The notes below the pieces were generated by a model. That model was not told the origin of the DNA, ran no database searches, and saw nothing but the letters and a program-made list of their open reading frames with translations. From contig JAVBWN010000014.1 of the NCBI GenBank assembly GCA_036677365.1, forward strand, positions 64,001-128,000: 64,000 nt of DNA, written 5' to 3'. Below are positions 59,974 to 64,000 of this stretch, piece by piece. Made by a program: the position numbers and the translations under genes. Source of the DNA: Acholeplasma sp. (GTDB taxonomy: Bacteria > Bacillota_I > Bacilli_A > Acholeplasmatales > UBA5453). Every line of letters starts with the position of its first letter. Within the stretch, counting starts at the first letter, position 1.

Positions 59974-62799
59974 ATGACATTACCTGTTTTGATTGTGTTG
60001 ATTGCGTTTTTAGCGCTAGTAACCATCCTCATTTTGATGATTATTTTACAAAAAATTCACTACATACGTTTGACCAAAAAGCACATATTGGCGAGAGATT
60101 ACTTATTCAAAAAATACTTTGATTTAGAAGAAACCACACCGAAAGTATCCAGTCGGTTCTTTTTTGATGCTTACATCGATATCGAAACACAAATCACCAT
60201 AGAAGATGCGGTTAGAAAACGCATCATTGATGATTTGGAAACTTTGAAATTTACCAAAAAACAATACAAGCGAATTCACAGTTTTTCACCATTTAAACGT
60301 AAAATCGCCGTGTTTTACCTACAAACTTTAAAAACCAAAAAATCAAAGGATGCCTTGGCTTCCAGACTCGCCATTGAAAAGAATGACTCGGTTCGTTTTT
60401 ACATCATTTATGCGATGGATGCGCACATTTCTGCACACGATTTTGATTTCATTTTAAGAACGTTATCGACCTCACGGGAATCTTACCCACACTGGATTTA
60501 TGCCATCTTAAAAAACCGTTTTGAATCGATCAAAGGGTATTTACCAGACTATTTTTCAGACCGACGTAAAAAAGTGAAACAGTTTATTTTATATCTATCT
60601 AATCATATATACAATGACCAATTAAAACAATACGCCATCAGTCGTTTCATGGATTTAAATGAAGATAAAGACATTCGAAAAGAAGCCATCCGTGCCTTAT
60701 CGACGATGTACCCGGAAGAATTGGTCACCGATACTTATTTGAACCATGAGGATGAGCAAATCCGTAAAATGGCCATTCGTGCGTGCTCAACCGTGGTTAC
60801 CCAAGAGATGACCCAAGCGCTTCTCAATCAAATGGATGGGACATTGATGGACATTGAACGCGCGAATGCGCTCTCCCGTATTGTTTTTGATTCTAAAAAG
60901 TTATTGTTATATGTCCTTGAAAAATACCCAACGACAAAAAATGATTACCAAAAAATGGCGATATCCCGCGTTTTATCACACCATCTGGATTATTTGATGT
61001 TGAAGCTCAAATCCAATGAATACCCCCAGGTCAAAAGCATCATTCAGGATTTGCTCAAAATGCATATCATTGAGGATTTGATTGATTTTATCAACATGAA
61101 TAAAGACAAAGAAGTCGAAAATAGTATGATTCAACTGGTCCGTACTTATGCAACACAAGACAAATTTTTACTTGATGAGTTTTCGGTTTACCTCAATCAA
61201 AAGTTTTTAAATAAACTGGGATTGATCAAAAAACCAATGCCAACATCCGTCAGAGAAAAGACACCTTTTGAATTGAATAAAGTGGTATGGATCAGCTTTT
61301 GGATATCAATCGCTGTAACGATCTTCCCAATTCTTTTTTTAATTTTTAATTTTAAAGCGATTTTTTCGGGTGAACCTTTATTAGAATGGTTTATGATCAG
61401 CATGAACCGCTACTTATCTTATTACTTTATAATCATCAATACGATATACCTGATTTTGATGTTATTTTCCATCAAAGGCTCTATTGAACGTATGGCGATG
61501 TGGCGTATTAAAAAACAAACCTTATTGTTTGAACACGATTTATTACCATCGATATCGATCATCGCGCCAGCTTACAATGAAGAAAAAAGCATCATTGAAA
61601 GCATCACTTCATTACTCAATTTGAAGTATCCAAAATACGAAGTTGTGGTGGTCAACGATGGGTCAAAAGACGATACGATCGGTACGTTGGTTAGACATTT
61701 TGAGCTTGAACGAAAACACCCATTTTTTCAAATGAAGCTCAGAACCAAACCACTGCGAAGTGTTTATGTCAGTAAACAAATTCCCAATCTGATTGTCATC
61801 GACAAACAAAATGGTGGGAAAGCGGATGCTTTAAACATGGGCATCAACGCAGCTAAAAATGATTATATATGCGGCATCGATGCCGATTCATTGCTAGAAG
61901 AAGATGCTTTACTCAAATTGATGAGCGTCACCCTTGATGACGCCACCAACCACATCGCGATTGGTGGGAACATCGTCCCAGTCAACGGATGTAACGTCGA
62001 TAAGGGTAAAATCGAAAAGAGTGGCTTGGGTAAAAATCCAATTGTCCGTTTTCAAACTTTAGAATATTTAAGAGCCTTTACGACGGGTCGTATTGGCTGG
62101 TCAAAGCTCAACAGTTTATTGATCATATCTGGGGCTTTTGGTTTATTTAACCGGCAATCGCTCATCGAAACAGGTGGTTATTTAACCATCAGTGGGGATT
62201 TAAAGAAAGATACGGTCGGTGAGGACATGGAATTGGTGGTGCGATTAACCCACAAAGCCATCCAAAACAAGAAAGCCTACCGTGTATCCTATGTCCATAA
62301 CGCCAACTGCTACACCGAATTGCCATCCGATTTGAAATCCTTGTTAAAACAGCGTAACCGTTGGCAACGTGGTTTACTCGATATCCTCAGTTACCACAGA
62401 CAAATGCTCTTTAACCCGAAATACCGTCAGCCGGGTTTATTGGGGTTCCCTTATTTCTTCATATTTGAGATGATGGGACCATTCATTGAGATGATGGGTT
62501 ACATCGCACTCGTGGTCAGTTTATTCATGGGGTTATTGAATGCTGAACTGGTCATCTTGTTGTTTTATGGGTCGATTGGGTATGGCATCATCATATCCCT
62601 ATTCAGCTTATGGATTTCAGAACGTCAAAGCGGATTTTACCGAATCAGAGATGCGTTCATATTGATTATTTTAGCCATCGCAGAAAACTTTGGTTACCGA
62701 CAAATCATGAGTTTACACCGAGTCAAAGCAACCTTCGCAGCCCTTCGTGAGAATGGGTCATGGGGTAGTTTATCCAGAACTGGATTCCAAAAGAAGTGA
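59974..62799 (+). CDS. HEAT-repeat / processive GT2 glycosyltransferase fusion
   Basis: N-terminal TM, helical repeats (DIRKEAIRAL, QIRKMAIRA), PAYNE, DGSKD, NGGKADALN, IDADS, SGAFG, GED, QRNRW, C-terminal TMs. Confidence 0.9.
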   Translation: MTLPVLIVLIAFLALVTILILMIILQKIHYIRLTKKHILARDYLFKKYFDLEETTPKVSSRFFFDAYIDIETQITIEDAVRKRIIDDLETLKFTKKQYKRIHSFSPFKRKIAVFYLQTLKTKKSKDALASRLAIEKNDSVRFYIIYAMDAHISAHDFDFILRTLSTSRESYPHWIYAILKNRFESIKGYLPDYFSDRRKKVKQFILYLSNHIYNDQLKQYAISRFMDLNEDKDIRKEAIRALSTMYPEELVTDTYLNHEDEQIRKMAIRACSTVVTQEMTQALLNQMDGTLMDIERANALSRIVFDSKKLLLYVLEKYPTTKNDYQKMAISRVLSHHLDYLMLKLKSNEYPQVKSIIQDLLKMHIIEDLIDFINMNKDKEVENSMIQLVRTYATQDKFLLDEFSVYLNQKFLNKLGLIKKPMPTSVREKTPFELNKVVWISFWISIAVTIFPILFLIFNFKAIFSGEPLLEWFMISMNRYLSYYFIIINTIYLILMLFSIKGSIERMAMWRIKKQTLLFEHDLLPSISIIAPAYNEEKSIIESITSLLNLKYPKYEVVVVNDGSKDDTIGTLVRHFELERKHPFFQMKLRTKPLRSVYVSKQIPNLIVIDKQNGGKADALNMGINAAKNDYICGIDADSLLEEDALLKLMSVTLDDATNHIAIGGNIVPVNGCNVDKGKIEKSGLGKNPIVRFQTLEYLRAFTTGRIGWSKLNSLLIISGAFGLFNRQSLIETGGYLTISGDLKKDTVGEDMELVVRLTHKAIQNKKAYRVSYVHNANCYTELPSDLKSLLKQRNRWQRGLLDILSYHRQMLFNPKYRQPGLLGFPYFFIFEMMGPFIEMMGYIALVVSLFMGLLNAELVILLFYGSIGYGIIISLFSLWISERQSGFYRIRDAFILIILAIAENFGYRQIMSLHRVKATFAALRENGSWGSLSRTGFQKK

Positions 62800-62821
62800 T
62801 CCTTAGCCGGATGACTTCTTT
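62790..62821 (+). terminator. Hairpin after GT2 gene
   Basis: AAGAAGTGATCC-TTAGCC-GGATGACTTCTT followed by an AT-rich tail. Confidence 0.6.
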
Positions 62822-62927
62822 ATTTATATATATAGGCTATTTTTAAGAAAAGACCACGGCTAAACCGTGTGAAAAATCATATATATTATATTAAAATATA
62901 TATCGAAAAAAGTGGATTGTTTTCTTC

Positions 62928-62956
62928 TTGACAGGGGTATAGACCCTATATATAAT
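62928..62956 (+). promoter_or_regulatory. Consensus sigma70 promoter of topA
   Basis: TTGACA (62928), 17 bp spacer, TATAAT (62951). Confidence 0.85.
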
Positions 62957-62982
62957 TATAGAAAGTGAAAGAAGTGGATTAT

Positions 62983-64000
62983 ATGAAAACCGTCATTATT
63001 GTCGAATCCCCAGCCAAATCCAAAACCATCCAACATTATTTAGGCAAAGACTATATCGTTGAAGCCTCGGTTGGACACATCCGCGAATTGGCAAAAAATG
63101 GCCCTGGTGGCTTAGGTGTAGATGTCGAAAATAACTTTAAAGCGACCTACAAAGTCGATAAAAAACACGATCAAATCGTCAAAGACCTGATTAAGGTCAC
63201 CAAAAACAAAAAAGTATTGCTCGCAACCGACCCTGACCGCGAAGGTGAAGCCATCGCTTGGCACATCGCGGATGTATTGAACTTAGATTTGAATGACCAA
63301 AACCGAATTACCTTCAATGAGGTGACCAAACCAGCCATCTTAAAGGCGATTGAACACCCAAGACAAATCGATATGAATTTGGTGAAGTCTCAAGAAACCA
63401 GACGCATATTGGACCGCATCATCGGATTTAAATTGTCGCCACTGCTTCAAAAGAAAATCAAATCAGAATCGGCAGGTCGTGTTCAAAGTGTCGCTTTGAA
63501 GATGATTGTCGATTTGGAAAAAGAAATCGAAGCCTTCATCCCAGAAACGTACTACACCATCAAAGCCAGATTTTCTAAGTTTGAAGCCGATTATACTAAA
63601 AATAAAGACAAATCCTTAAAGACCCCTGAAGAGCTGAACCAAATCATTGAAAAGCTTCAAGGTCCTTTTGTCGTGACCAAAGTGAACCATCGTAAGCGAA
63701 GCCGTGCAGCACAACCGCCGTATACGACATCGACGTTCCAACAGGATGCGGTATCGAAACTCAATTATTCCCCTTCAAAAGCGATGGGTATTGCTCAGGA
63801 ACTTTATCAAGGGATTCTACTGAGTGGTGAAGAAGTTGGGTTGATTACTTATATGAGAACCGACTCTGTCCGCTTGAATGATGATTTCATTTTAGAAGCA
63901 CAAGCCATGATTGAAAAGCATTTTGGTCATGAGTATGTGGGTAAGATTAAAACCAAATCAAACACAAACATTCAAGACGCCCATGAAGCCATTCGTCCAA
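62983..64000 (+). CDS. topA: DNA topoisomerase I (truncated by window end; absent from ORF track)
   Basis: Translation MKTVIIVESPAKSKTI..ASVGHIREL, ATDPDREGEAIAWH, SAGRVQS, ITYMRTDS, QDAHEAIRP. Confidence 0.97.
   Translation, partial: MKTVIIVESPAKSKTIQHYLGKDYIVEASVGHIRELAKNGPGGLGVDVENNFKATYKVDKKHDQIVKDLIKVTKNKKVLLATDPDREGEAIAWHIADVLNLDLNDQNRITFNEVTKPAILKAIEHPRQIDMNLVKSQETRRILDRIIGFKLSPLLQKKIKSESAGRVQSVALKMIVDLEKEIEAFIPETYYTIKARFSKFEADYTKNKDKSLKTPEELNQIIEKLQGPFVVTKVNHRKRSRAAQPPYTTSTFQQDAVSKLNYSPSKAMGIAQELYQGILLSGEEVGLITYMRTDSVRLNDDFILEAQAMIEKHFGHEYVGKIKTKSNTNIQDAHEAIRP

Overview
AT-rich bacterial chromosome segment read in genetic code 11: TGA is a stop and RF2 is present. Gene content and style (short IF2, SecA without a SEC-C tail, no cell-wall genes) suggest a wall-less Acholeplasmataceae/Paracholeplasma-like mollicute; this is an inference. 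Most of the window is housekeeping: gmk-rpoZ-uvrC, rnj, coaD, a znu/zur zinc operon, rimP-nusA-infB-rbfA, priA-fmt, SAM-I riboswitch-metK, secA, prfB, recX, glgB/glgP, an SftA/FtsK-like translocase, lepB-rbgA-rnhB and a partial topA. One complete IS3-family element (3167-4859) is inserted into the loop of a terminator. The most unusual locus is a two-gene operon at 57965-62799. Its first gene is a triple pseudo-enzyme signalling protein: a ligand-less di-iron MBL/ODP-like domain, a degenerate GGDEF and a receiver with Asp->Glu. Its second gene is a HEAT-repeat/processive GT2 synthase fusion. Other c-di-GMP-type genes are an EAL phosphodiesterase with a GGDGF domain and a degenerate HD-GYP-like membrane protein. 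Also seen: a variant SAM-I riboswitch, paired MarR-type operators, a candidate Zur box, a natB-like deletion remnant and a prfB with no frameshift. All calls come from motif recognition by eye; no database searches were run.
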